Part shown: positions 23,501-35,904 of the stretch, piece by piece | Layout: every line of letters starts with the position of its first letter | Numbering within the stretch: position 1 is the first letter of the stretch | Source of the DNA: Adineta vaga | Taxonomy: Eukaryota; Animalia; Rotifera | DNA: 64,000 nucleotides | Assembly: GCA_021613535.1 (NCBI GenBank) | Contig: CP075493.1 | Span: 12,772,001-12,836,000, forward strand | Direction: 5' to 3' | Notes under the pieces: generated by a model | Databases searched by the model: none | Seen by the model: the letters and a program-made list of their open reading frames with translations, nothing else | What the model was told of the DNA's origin: nothing | Translations under genes and position numbers: made by a program

Positions 23501-24037
23501 ATGTCAAAATTAGAAAAAATTACAATTCGAACGGCTGTTTCAGATGACATCCTTATTATGTTCAGATTAATGGATGATATTTTAGAAAGTCCATCGACTG
23601 ATGATGAATTACAACAACGATTCGATCGATGGTCATCAAGATTTGAAAAAGATTCTCCATTTTTTTATTATGTTGCTGAAAATGAACAGAAGAAAATCAT
23701 TGGATGGTGTTCTGGTCGAGAAACATTTGAATGCGATCGAATAGTTGATAATGAAATCTATGATTGTGAAATTGGACATATGTTTGTACAACAAGAATAT
23801 CAAAATCGCGGAATTGGTCGAGAATTATGGCGAATTGTTTGGAATTCTATTCTTGAAAGATTTCATCCAAAAAATTTGATCGTATGGAGCATTGATACTG
23901 AACAAGCTCATCGATTTTATCGCTCACTCGGTGGCATACCGACGAGAACAAAGAAAATAGATTTTGGAATATTAACACGCTATGTATGGAAGGATCTTCA
24001 ACCGTATGATTCAACTAATTTTATGAATTATAAATAA
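23501..24037 (+). CDS. GNAT-family acetyltransferase, intronless
   Basis: IRTA at N-terminus, motif A MFVQQEYQNRGIGRELW, motif B AHRFYRSLGG. Confidence 0.8.
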   Translation: MSKLEKITIRTAVSDDILIMFRLMDDILESPSTDDELQQRFDRWSSRFEKDSPFFYYVAENEQKKIIGWCSGRETFECDRIVDNEIYDCEIGHMFVQQEYQNRGIGRELWRIVWNSILERFHPKNLIVWSIDTEQAHRFYRSLGGIPTRTKKIDFGILTRYVWKDLQPYDSTNFMNYK

Positions 24038-24078
24038 ACGAGATGACAGTGAATAATGATGATTACATTGACATCTAT

Positions 24079-25018
24079 CTACACGTACTTATTTGTTTGC
24101 GTTCGACATCGTTTATAACAAAGATAAAATTGTTTTAATTTTTGAATAAAATTTTGTCGAAATAATTGTGATGTTAAACAATGAATATAAAAATTATAAC
24201 AATAATTCATATTCAATGCACTATAGAATACAAAAATTTCAATTGGTAATACTGATACATTTCCAAATTTCAAATAATAAATTTGACAAACAGAATAAGG
24301 TAGTGTAAACACGCAAAAACAAACAGCACTTAAAATCATTAATATAAACATATGTCGTTGAATTCTATCTCTTCTAACTGAATGGCCAAGTATACCTTGT
24401 TATTGTGTACGTATTTTCATATAAATACTAATCAAACATATAATCATTAGACAACTTGGAGTAATATAAATAACGATTAACTGAAGAAGAGTCATGTATC
24501 ATAGTAAAATATAGAATATGCTGTCAAAGGAGAAGAAGGTGGTCCATACCATTCACTTTCTGGATCGCGGTGTAAGACAATTGAGGTTGAAGAACATGAC
24601 TTGTAAACGCTATTGAACAAATGCAGATAACAAATATTATCCTTCCAGCAACTTTTCGTGTATAAATCTTTGTTGTTCGATGTGGAAATCGAGCACGTAT
24701 TAAACGATCGATTGAAATGAATACAAGTAACCAAGATGATGTGAATGATGTGAAATGACTTGTAAATTCTCGAAAACGACAAAGATGTTCGTTATGTATT
24801 GTTGGTAATTGAAGAGTTATAGCTACAAAATCACGAATCGATATGAAGAGATACAACATATCAGACATAGTTAAGAAAATAAATAATAATCCAGTTGAAG
24901 TACAACGAAGAGTTTCGGATGAGAATGTAATTATACTACGTAGATGTCCAAGAAAACCAAATGGTGTTGAAAATATATAACCATAAAAACCAATAGCTTG
25001 AGCAGTTGCACTTGTCAT
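24079..25018 (-). pseudogene. Frameshifted orphan 7TM receptor
   Basis: TM1-4 with SIDRLI in 24524-25018 and TM6-7 (FTLP, NYCYNFYIHCLTSQLFR) in 24079-24351; frames broken and a segment missing between them. Confidence 0.65.
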
Positions 25019-25626
25019 TCTGTAATTGTTTTATGCAGAATATAATCAAGATTTGAAAAATAAAATTTTTTTTTCTGAAACAATATTACTTGAATATCAA
25101 TTGGTGAGAGTTCTGTTTTAGATAATCTTTAGACGACAGCAGCAGAGTTTTTTTCTTTGCAATTAATTTTTAAGATTATGAAAGGATTTCTTTTTTCTAA
25201 TTATAGTTATGTCATAATTTTGACAATGTATTATCTAGTTGAGGAATACACTTGTACTCTGACAATCTACAAAAGTTAGCCTTCTTTTATTTGCTTTCAA
25301 GTATAAATATGAACAATAGATTTTTCATTCTCATCACCAATAAAAACGTTCTGATAAACATACCACATCAATACTTCAATAACAGACTTAGTTTTTCATC
25401 ATATGTTATTATGAAGACATTTTTTTACTTATATCCAATTACATTTCAAACTTCGATATTCTCTTTTTCAAACTACATGTCGGTACATATTTTTAAGAAA
25501 GGAAGCAAAGAAATCATAACTGTGCAAAAAAGAAATGATCAGAACCAAATATTTAAACATGTATCCGATATCAACGATATATAAGAGACGATCATGTCTT
25601 CGTTTTGATAATATTTTCATTCAAAT

Positions 25627-27072
25627 ATGTCTTCCTTACTTTCGGACAAATTAACCATTGTTTATGTTCGCTTGGTATTTCTTCGAATAGGTAATTAATT
25701 CATTAAACATATTCAACAATCTATATCTGATAGTGATCTAGGTGAAATTGATACATTAACTGAAAAATATCAAGCACATGCATCAATTGAATCTCGTTGG
25801 TCAGTTTCATCGGAGAAATTCTTATCCGACATATCAACTATCAATCAAGAACGTTTAATGAATGGAAAATCAATTGTTCTAGAAAAATATGGCGAATCTC
25901 ATTGGCATCCTCAATTATATATTGAAAATGCTTTAGGTGATTTAAAAGAACAAATCAAATACAGTGCAAAAATTAATTCAAAGGATAAGAAAATCTATGT
26001 TTGTGAACATCGTATTATTAAAGGATTATTTTGGGAGAAACTTGAATTACAACATTTTCCAAATGATGTTCAAGATCTATCTATATCAGTCACTTCAATG
26101 TTCTTTCATAATAGAGTTCTATTAGTACCTGATCCTGATCATCATAGTGGCGTTAATCGTGAAGCATTTGTTGATCAACAAGAATGGTCTTTATATGAAC
26201 ATATTGATACGGAAGAAAGATTTATTAAAGAATTTCTTTTTCGAACTGATTATGGTGATGAAGATGATGATGATGATGATGAAATGAAAAATTTCGATAA
26301 AGAAGATCGAAAACGATCTGTGTTGACAACAACTTGTCATGTGGGTGAGTAGTGAAAAAGAACGGGAGAGAAAAAATAATTCAATCTTCTTCTTCTTCTT
26401 CTTCTTCTTAAGCTCGTCAATCACAATATTTCTTCTGGAATGGATTTTGCCTTATTTTATTGATTACTCTGGTTTCATTCTGTGCTTTTGGTTTACCATT
26501 ACAGTAAGTTTTTCTTTTCGACTAATTATATACATAGATGCAGGATTTTTATTCCAAGATATGTAGTCAATCGTCTTCAAGTTTCATGTACACTACTTTT
26601 AACATCAATTTCATTTCGATGGACAGTAAATCGATCATTGGTAAGTTGAATTCCTACGTTTACTTGATTCACGGTTTTTTTTCTTTCTATCTAGCCGACG
26701 ATATCTTATTTAACATCATTAGATAAATATGGAATTTTATGTATATTTAATCTTGTCTTACATTCAACATGGCATAGTATGATAAGTGTAATTATATTCG
26801 AACAGACGACAGATTTTCGTGTAGCAAAGAATTCTTGGATTGTATATCTTGATCGTGGAGCATTTGGTGTATTCTTTTGTTCTTTTCTTGTCCTTCATAT
26901 TTTAATGATACTATGGCTCTATTGTGTGCCATTGAAACATCGTAAACAAATGAGACAAAAAGATAGTCAATACCGAACATTGATAGTACAAAAAATGAAT
27001 GGAAATGAGAATCAATCTTTTGCAATAACAGAACGAAGAAATGTCTTTGATCATAATTTTACAGTGATGTAA
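25627..27072 (+). CDS. Cys-less pentameric ligand-gated ion channel subunit, multi-exon
   Basis: VYVRLVFLRI|GEIDT, WHPQLYIENA, LELQHFPNDVQDL (Pro-loop with no flanking Cys pair), then RQSQYFFWNGF, NRLQVSCTLLLTSISFRW, LPTISYLTSLDKY and a fourth TM. Confidence 0.75.
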
Positions 27073-27477
27073 TACAGATTTTATTGATTGTTTCTATCTT
27101 AATAAATACACATAGAAATCACGAGAATATAGATAAGCAAATGATTTCAAAGAAATTTTGAGTTGAAATGAGAATATTCATTTTTCATATTCTAGTTGAC
27201 ATCAAATACAAACTCTGCATGAATGTAATTTAAAGCTGTTTTATGAATCGAATCGAAACGAATAAGAAAATGAAGTCATTGAGTCACTCACTAATGACTT
27301 TTTTTTCTCGTTCTGTCATTGATTCTTGTCATAGTTCGACTATTGCTTCTTTCATTCTTTTTTTCAAGAGAGACAAGTCAATAGTATTTCATTCTTTGTC
27401 ATTGTTCTGTGTATTGATTTTGTTAGAAGAAGAAGAAGAAAAAAAAAGCATTATACAAGAAACTACAAGTTGTTTTT

Positions 27478-27894
27478 TTATCCAAATACTTTTTCATCTG
27501 CATACCATACATAGAGAAAACCATCAATATCTTTATTTTCATGATATAATCCTTCCATAGTTGTGATTAATGATGGTTGTTTACCATATGAACCAGTATA
27601 GAAGAATAATGCATGTTCCGGTCGTAGACGTAAACGTCGTCGAATATTATAGGCAAATTGACCAAACGATAATTCAGATGGTACAAGAAATTTCTCATTT
27701 TCAAGACGAACTAATGTCATTTCATGGGACGACGATGATGATGAAAAGGAACGAAACAATGATGTTGTTGACATTGTTGATGATGTTAATGGTTGAACAA
27801 TGGCAGGAATACGATCAGGATAACGTCTTCGAATACGCTCAGATTCAAATCGACGTTGTTCGAAAGAATGTTCATGTTTATATTGCCAATTCAT
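27478..27894 (-). CDS. ATG8: ATG8/GABARAP-family ubiquitin-like protein, intronless
   Basis: YKHEHSFEQR..YPDRIP, KFLVP, ALFF, DGFLYVWYADEKVFG*. Confidence 0.85.
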   Translation of the reverse strand: MNWQYKHEHSFEQRRFESERIRRRYPDRIPAIVQPLTSSTMSTTSLFRSFSSSSSSHEMTLVRLENEKFLVPSELSFGQFAYNIRRRLRLRPEHALFFYTGSYGKQPSLITTMEGLYHENKDIDGFLYVWYADEKVFG

Positions 27895-29235
27895 TGTAAA
27901 TCGCTTTCTTCTTAGAATGAGTCAAGAGATCGAAGAACGTGTTCACAGTTATGTCATATGAAATGAAAAGAGATCATGGTACCGAAATAGTAAAATACAT
28001 TGAATGATTGGATCCAAGTAGAAAGAAAGAAAGAAAAATTTTTAAGAACACGAACATGTCCTTGTGTGTATTGTACACATAGATTTACACGTGTTCAATT
28101 CTCTTCTTCCCTTGAATGGATTTTTCTTTATCATAGTATTTAACTGTCGATTGATGAACAAAAAGATGAAATCGAGACTATCTGTATTCTTTTATTTGGA
28201 AATTTGACAGTTCTCTGTGTCGGAAATCTTAGGTAAAATTTGATACAAAACGGATTCACACATTTTACTTGAATTAATAAAAAAAACTTATGGAGCTTAT
28301 CGAAGATAGAATATATATATAAATTCATATTATTCTTTTCCGTGAACAGAAAACTTTGGAGAGTGATTAAAGTTCGTGATCAATTCTCTCTATATAAAAC
28401 ATACTTTACTTTTTTGAATAACGTTATAGGTTAAAAAAATATTATTTATTATAAATACACCGTTAGTTTGCCGATAGATAAAAGTAAAAGAACATTTTTT
28501 TATGTCTATCTGTTCTTGATTTTTTAATTTTCTGGAAGAAAATTCTATGCTTTGAATGCAAGTGTCTATGAATATCATAATGTATCAAAGTTTTTCTAAA
28601 TAACTAGACGATCGAACAGAAAACCATGAGCATCTATAATCTATTATTATGTTCACAGGTCATTAATTAGAAAATTATTTGAATGATTCGATAAATTGCA
28701 CATGCAAAACACAATTATGAGCTACTCATGATGATGAAAGCATACAAGAAAAGCGTCATCTTACTTTTCTACATTTAGTTAACACGTTAGGCATGTGAAT
28801 ATGTGTTTTTTTCATACTTTGAAAGTAAAAATAAATGTACTCACAATTCTAATTAGAAGTGTTCTTTTACATAAAAATTATCATTAACACTAAAAGCTAT
28901 TTTCTATTTTTTTCTTTTATGATATAAAACTCTATTCTTCAATTCTTTCTACAAAAATACGTTGTATCGACCAACAAATCTTTTAAATAAAATATTTTCT
29001 TTTCAGAGTGATAAGATTCTACTAGTCCTTTAATTTGATATATAAATGATATTTTAATTGCTAAATTTTTTATGTATATTCTAATCTAAAGATCAGGACG
29101 AGAAATTTTAAAATAGCGTGTATAAATGATGAAGAAATGTGTTAAGTCATATAATAAATAGATTATTTTCACAGTCTCGACTTCAAAATGCTTGTCTGAT
29201 AAGAAAAAACTTTTAGTTTCGTTTTTTAGTCATAA

Positions 29236-30398
29236 ATGTTCTTCGACAAGATGAGTTCATCAAATACGACGACTCGCGCTGAAATTAATGCATTCATCTA
29301 TGCAAATGATGTGTTCTCGCGATTTTGGTCTTATTTATTGATCTGTTTGGGTACAACTGGTCATGCATTGAATATCTATGTATTCACACGTTCAATTCTA
29401 CGTTCAAATCCATGTACACGTTACTTTTTAGCAGCAACCATAAGTGGAATATTTTGTACTTATATTAATGTTTTACTTCGTCTTATTCAAAATCTCTATC
29501 CCGATTATAATCCATTTGGATATTCGACTGCATCTTGTAAAATTCTTTCATATATTGTCTACTGCTCAAGGTAAATATTTGTTTTTTTTGTAGAAAATCT
29601 TTCCACTATTTTCATCTATGCACGTTTTCAGATGTGTCACATCTTGGTTTATTGTTCTTGCTTCAATTGATCGGTAAATATTTTTCTCATGTTTGTTAAC
29701 GATCATTTTCTTTACTTTCGAATAGATATTTATGCAGTTCTTCATCTGCAATTGTACGAGGTTTGAGCAGTATTCGTATGACCTCTCGTGCTATCCTGTT
29801 CGTGATTTTAGCTGTTGCATTATGCTATCTTTATGTACCAATTCGTTTTGAAAACATTCAAACAAACGTCAAATGTCCTGGAACTCAAACAACGTATCCA
29901 TTATTTAATGGTATTTGGAATTTATTGATATTTAGTTTAGGTCCACCGATAATGATGCTGATATTTGGATCAATAACTATTCATCATATTCAACAATCAG
30001 TAAGACGAAGTGGAGAAAAAAATATCCGGCCTCAAACATTATATGAGTCAATCGCGCTTGTACCGGATCGATCGACACGGCAAAAAGCAATTGATCAACA
30101 ACTGATTCGAATGATGCTTGTGCAATGTCTTTATTTTAGTTTACTATCAACGCCTGTTTCAATGTTATATATGTATCTAGCGGTGAGAAATTCTGCAGAG
30201 TTCGATGCACTTCAAGCAGCAAGAGAGAACTTATTTATCAATATTTGTGGTTTATTATCCATCACAGGTGCATGCACAAGTTTTTATATATTTACACTAT
30301 CAAGTCCCTTATTTCGTCGTGAACTATTGTATTTATTGAAATATCAACGACAACAAAATCACAATATGAGCACAAAACACAGGACGCGATCGGAATAA
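29236..30398 (+). CDS. Orphan rhodopsin-like 7TM receptor, 3 exons
   Basis: GTTGHALN, LRSNPC, SWFIVLASIDR split by introns at 29571-29631 and ~29673-29725, FYIFTLSSPLFR. Confidence 0.8.
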
Positions 30399-30754
30399 AA
30401 TGAATTTATTCACTTCTATAATGACGTAGCTAGATCTCAGCCACTGTCTACAGTTATTATACTTGTGATAGTTGTTCGCTAATTTCATAGTAATATCTTT
30501 GTAAATATTGTATGTAACCAGCAATATACACTTTTAAAGAAATCTCAAAAAGCACAATCAGAAAACTTGAAGATAAGTAATAACAAGCATTAGTATAAGT
30601 TTAATGTTGAAAATCAAGTTTAATTGTTGTTTGTGCTCTAATGGAAACAGATTTGAAAACTGCAATCTATTTATTTATATCTGGATAATCATTGTTAATC
30701 ACTTTTCATGAAAGACATCTTTTTTTTCTTATCATACTCTGATGCATATCAACA

Positions 30755-30781
30755 CCCACACCCACACCCACACCCTCACCC
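30755..30781. repeat. Interstitial (CCCACA)3 CCCTCA CCC telomere-like repeat
   Basis: Direct reading; lies between two convergent GPCR genes. Confidence 0.65.
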
Positions 30782-31063
30782 ATCGCTCATATTCTGAAGA
30801 GACATTTTGAATAAATATTACAGAATCTTTTATAATTTACGATTTTATTTCGATACGATAAAGAACAAAATAGAGAGAATACAAACGGATATACGAATGA
30901 GAATAGATATAAAGATGAAACATCACATGTACGACATAAATAAGAAAACTGATGGATCACTTTTTATAGCTGCTGTATGAATTGATCGAATCATATATGT
31001 TGTATCTATCGCCACAAAGTTTAAATGTATGTTTAAAAGAACGATTTATTTCGTTTTATGTGT

Positions 31064-32176
31064 TTAAACAGTAGACATTTTCATCACTGGTGTTTGTTGT
31101 TGACCTGTATGAGTAACATTTCTGCCGTTTGTTCTCAGGGGTATATTGATATTGTCTATTTGACTATTCTCTATAAGTATTCCGTGATATCTCGCTGGCA
31201 AATACCGTATTAGACCAGTTCTTGTTAAAATAAATTTCACTGCAACTTGAATACAACGTTTCAATTCGGTGCGAAATTTTGGACCAGTGAGAGTATAAAC
31301 TAAAAAGTTATTCATCGGATTCGTAAAATAAAGAAGTCGAGCGATAGAATATACGAAATTAAAAATAACTTGTTCCATTGGCGAATACTTGACATTAAGT
31401 CCATAGATCATTATTGTATTGTATAAAAAGCTACCCGTAAGCGGAATTGTAGTTATGATCGCAACTAGTAGTTGAAATAAGAGCATTCTAACTAACTGAC
31501 GATCGTTTGTGCGCCAACGTTCAACAATCATACCATTGAGTTGTGGCGCAATACGATTACGAACACGTCGAATATTGATAATAGTCAGAATACCAAATAT
31601 AAACATGAATATAAGTGGTGAAAGAATTGTAACAATAGTGTAGAAAGAGTTCATAAATATAACATATGGATACAAAAAGAAACCACAATAAGATGTAGAG
31701 CCACTTATGGAAATCTCAAAAAAAACAATTACGTGCAAATGAATTAGAAACATGAATAGAACAGTAAATATGATGATCTTTCGTGCTGTTGATAAACGAC
31801 TCCACCGACGAAATCGGACATCATCTGAACTTGAAAGATATCGATCGATACTTGCAAGCACAAGAAACCAGGCAGCTAATGTGTATGAAAGGTATGTGAT
31901 AAAGCTACGCACTTTACACCAGATAGTGTTTGGCGGATCTATGTTCAAGGTAACTGTAAGATATCGTCCCAGGAACGCAATATAGAGTAAAAAAAAATTG
32001 TTAATTGAACCAGCTAAAAAATACAATGAACATGGATTGGTACGCAAAGATCGACGAGTAAATATAATCAGATTAAATGTATTTCCGAATGTTCCCAAAA
32101 TTAAAATAGGAATTGGAGTAACACGATTTAACCATAATATGATATTATTTAGAACTGTTGCAGTTAAATCAGTCAT
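31064..32176 (-). CDS. Orphan rhodopsin-like 7TM receptor, single exon
   Basis: GTFGN, LRTNPCSLYF, LASIDRY, NNFLVYTLTGPKFR; paralogous motifs to 29236-30398. Confidence 0.85.
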   Translation of the reverse strand: MTDLTATVLNNIILWLNRVTPIPILILGTFGNTFNLIIFTRRSLRTNPCSLYFLAGSINNFFLLYIAFLGRYLTVTLNIDPPNTIWCKVRSFITYLSYTLAAWFLVLASIDRYLSSSDDVRFRRWSRLSTARKIIIFTVLFMFLIHLHVIVFFEISISGSTSYCGFFLYPYVIFMNSFYTIVTILSPLIFMFIFGILTIINIRRVRNRIAPQLNGMIVERWRTNDRQLVRMLLFQLLVAIITTIPLTGSFLYNTIMIYGLNVKYSPMEQVIFNFVYSIARLLYFTNPMNNFLVYTLTGPKFRTELKRCIQVAVKFILTRTGLIRYLPARYHGILIENSQIDNINIPLRTNGRNVTHTGQQQTPVMKMSTV

Positions 32177-33582
32177 ACTATTTCAACACAATAGTACAAT
32201 AAAATATGTAATACTTTTGATCTATATAGTCTAGCAGAAATAAAAATCGTAAAGATAAAATATTTTAGTTATTTCTTAAATCTTTCTCTCTCTCTTCTGT
32301 AATCGGTGATTAAATAAAAAATAGCATTTCTCAGATTCCTATTAGCTAGTTGAAATATGAACTTTAGACTTGAAGCTTTATCTGTAGCAAGACAATCTTT
32401 TACAGAGTAAAAAGTATAGAAGGGCAAAAAATTTATCAAGCGTTAAAATCCAATGTTAATTGGCGTAAAATTATTCTATTCTACTCTACTTAGATCAGAA
32501 AGATGAAGATTCTTTTCCTCATTGACGTCAATGATAAATAACGTTAAGATGAATTAATATGCTGATCACGTTATACAGACAGCAGTGTCATTTTGTTATT
32601 GAGCCTGAAAAAAAATCCCGCAAAAATAAAATAAAAGAAAAAGAAAGTGTCGAAAATCAACTAAATATTTTATTTCCATCGTGAACAGACGGATGAAGAG
32701 AAACAGTTAAACTAATATTTCATCTAGCTAATAAATTTGCCATGTAAATAAAATCTACACTTATCGGCTGTAGTAACCATACAGATGGTGTCGAATTTCC
32801 GAAAATGAGAACTACAAAAGGAAAAATAGTTAATCCGATACCATTCTACATAGAATTCTTATCAAAATGAATGAAAAGTTATCCTATTATCTTTGATGTC
32901 AAAGGACAGATTAAATCAGTAGGAAGAATAAGTTAAGAACATCTTCTTCATCCGCTCACACTGTTCTATACAGAAAACGGAAGAAGTACGTTTAATTACA
33001 AGCTGACATACTGGATTATCAGTATTGTAAAGAATTTGATTCCTATCATTCTATAATGTAAATGTAACCAAACGAAATTAATGGATTGCAAACATGTATA
33101 CCGATACATGTGTTGATAATTAATACCTTAAAAATTGTACTTATTCAAAAATCTAAAGATATTTTCTTTTATAAAGAAAGAATATCAAAATAATTAATTC
33201 TTCACGCTCGTGATAAATACGTTCGGATTTTACTCTCTTTCTTTTTAATTTCATATAGATATATTATAATTAATAGGAAATGACGTAGTTTATATCTGTG
33301 AACGGAATATTCAGTTATCGTGTGAATCAAAAAACGTTTACATGAAGAAAATAATTAAAAATCATGTTGCTCGTTTCTCAAAAGACATGATTAAAGATAT
33401 AAAGACAACATAACATAAATTTACATACACAGAGACTTATCTTAGTGATATGAGCTCATAATGAATAATTGTAAGGATGAATAAAGACGAGTTGGATTAG
33501 CATTGTAGAGTATGAGGTCAAAATATATTCAATAAATCGATAGAATACATATTCAAATAGGGTTTAGAAAAGCACAGTCATA

Positions 33583-33848
33583 CCCTCGTAGTCGATAATG
33601 TATAATAATGAATTATGAGACATTATATCATTATTTACTTCTAATGCATTACAACGCTTGCAAATTGAAAAATAAAATGGGAAACAATGAATAAGAAAAT
33701 CCTATTACTTGAAAGCGCTTTGTATTTTAAATTTGCAAGCGTTGAAATGCATTAGAAGTAAATAATGATAGAATGTTTTATAATTCATTAAAAAACAACG
33801 CATCACCAAGCAATTATGTTCATTATTATACATTATCGACTACGTGGG
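33583..33848. mobile_element. Foldback MITE with TA target-site duplication (Tc1/mariner-type)
   Basis: TACCCTCGTAGTCGATAATGTATAATAATGAA (from 33581) matches the reverse complement of the sequence ending at 33850 at 31/32 positions, flanking TA included; inverted pairing continues inward for ~90 nt. Confidence 0.8.
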
Positions 33849-34051
33849 TAGTTAAGATATTGACCGGTGTATGAAAGCGTTTGATAAATATATGAAATGA
33901 ACTTTTGGATATGAATCAGTGCTATGACGAACATACTTTAAAAAAATGTATTCATTAGAAGATAGATATTAATAGAAATTTGATAGAAGTCGTACTAAAA
34001 TCCCTAAGATTCGGTTCAATATATCGAGTTTTCGTTTCAGATAAAGAAAGT

Positions 34052-35302
34052 TCAATAAACAACTTGAACGTGTGGCAATTTCGTTTGCATCGTTGTTTTG
34101 ATTAAATTTAATTCATCATCAGAAAACCAATTTTGACTTAGATCAATTTGAGTTTTATCTCCATCATATAAACCAAAGAATTCTTTTGGTAAATGGGATA
34201 GGTGATTATTTTTGACTGAAAATGTTTGTATCCAAGAAATAATTAGTGAAATTTCAGGTGGAACTATTTCAATTCGATTATGACTAAAGTCAAAATTTTT
34301 ATCACGACTACTAACGCGTCCCAAAGTACCAATACCAAATAAATCTTCCAAATTGTTAGATGACATATTTAAATTGTATAAATAAGGAAGATTTGTCGGA
34401 AGATATTCTATCTTGCAATTTTGCGCATCTAAAACGTTTAATTTCAAGTTGTTTAATTCATCGATTGAAGTTAATGGATTTGATTGTAAATCTAACGTTC
34501 TTAATGAACTTAATGTTGACATTGTCGATGGTAATGATGTTAATTCATTATTAACTAAGAATAACGTTTCTAAACTGTATAAATTACCAAATGTTGATGG
34601 TAATGATGTTAATTCATTATTATCTAAGAATAATGTTTGTAAACTGTTTAAATTACCAAATGTTGATGGTAATGTTTTCAGTTTATTTTTCGATAATTTC
34701 AAATAAGTTAATGTGGACAATTTATCAATAGCATTTGTTAATTGTTTTAAAACTCCGCTTTCAATAATAAGAATATTTAATGCATTTAAATTTGCAATTT
34801 CTTTTGGTATCGATAGTACGGGACTATCGTATATATATAACTCAGTAAGTAATGTTAATTGTCCAATTTCTGCTGGTATCCCACGATCTTCAAGATCATC
34901 ATTGAAAAATTCATGAAATCTTGTATTATTAATAGTTAATACATTTAAATTTTTCAGACAATATAAATTCTTTGGAACATATTTTTCTTTGTGAATCGTC
35001 AATTCAATTACCTCATTATTTGTATTCATTAAAGCAAATGTTTTTTCAGTTGTTATCTGTGGACTGATTTGAACAGGAAATGAAAACGATTTTAATATAT
35101 CATAATCACGTCGAAATTTGGAACAATCAAGTGTACTTGGTTCTCTTTCTATCGCTAATTCATCATTTTTTTCAGCAGCCAATGTTGGATTTATATGAAT
35201 TGCTATCTTAGTGAAATCATTGAAAATACTTCCACCGATAACCATTGATATATGCATCGAGCAATATATCAATATTGACATTATTAAAACTTGTTTTGCC
35301 AT
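34052..35302 (-). CDS. Secreted leucine-rich-repeat protein, intronless
   Basis: N-terminal hydrophobic signal peptide; 23-aa LRRs (LPSTFGNLxSLxTLFLxNNELTS); no TM segment. Confidence 0.8.
   Translation of the reverse strand: MAKQVLIMSILIYCSMHISMVIGGSIFNDFTKIAIHINPTLAAEKNDELAIEREPSTLDCSKFRRDYDILKSFSFPVQISPQITTEKTFALMNTNNEVIELTIHKEKYVPKNLYCLKNLNVLTINNTRFHEFFNDDLEDRGIPAEIGQLTLLTELYIYDSPVLSIPKEIANLNALNILIIESGVLKQLTNAIDKLSTLTYLKLSKNKLKTLPSTFGNLNSLQTLFLDNNELTSLPSTFGNLYSLETLFLVNNELTSLPSTMSTLSSLRTLDLQSNPLTSIDELNNLKLNVLDAQNCKIEYLPTNLPYLYNLNMSSNNLEDLFGIGTLGRVSSRDKNFDFSHNRIEIVPPEISLIISWIQTFSVKNNHLSHLPKEFFGLYDGDKTQIDLSQNWFSDDELNLIKTTMQTKLPHVQVVY
34520..34680. repeat. 69-bp tandem repeat within the LRR CDS
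   Basis: Near-identical units (gatggtaatgatgttaattcatta...aaattaccaaatgtt) spaced 69 nt apart. Confidence 0.75.
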
Positions 35303-35904
35303 TGTATTGTATTGTAATAAAAAAACTTCGTATTGATATTCATCTATATATACTATCGTTCTAATCGGACTTTAAACTCGAGAGAAAAATAGAAGTGGGT
35401 TGTATTTTCGGAGTAAATCATATCTATTGAATATGTGTTTTCTATGAAACATACCATGTGCTTGTCTTTCTCAGATGAAAGTATTCGGAGAAACGACATT
35501 TAACTAATTCCAGAGAATATATTGTAAGGCTTAAAGTATTTACACAGATCATATATAAATTGCGACAATGAAGATTAATTGTGAATGAAATTGCTCTTAC
35601 TCATATTTGCATATACTATTTACACATCGATTACTATGATTCTTCAAAATATTCATTCGAATGTATAGAGAGCTTTGAACATAATTAACACTCAATGAAT
35701 AAAATTCTACAGATGTCTATGTGAAAAGAAAAAAAAAGAATACATTCATTAATCAATTCTTATCTGATAAAAAATATGCGCCTTTTTATATGACATGTAT
35801 TACTATTATCAGCATTTCTCTAGAGAACATGCATCAAAATGATTATAAGTTGGTTTAATATCTTTGATAGAGAAAGGTAAGCACATTTTTTTTTCTAGAG
35901 GAGG

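Noticed and set aside
27570-27899. Met-rich plus-strand ORF
   Set aside because: Antisense shadow of the Ser-rich ATG8 CDS
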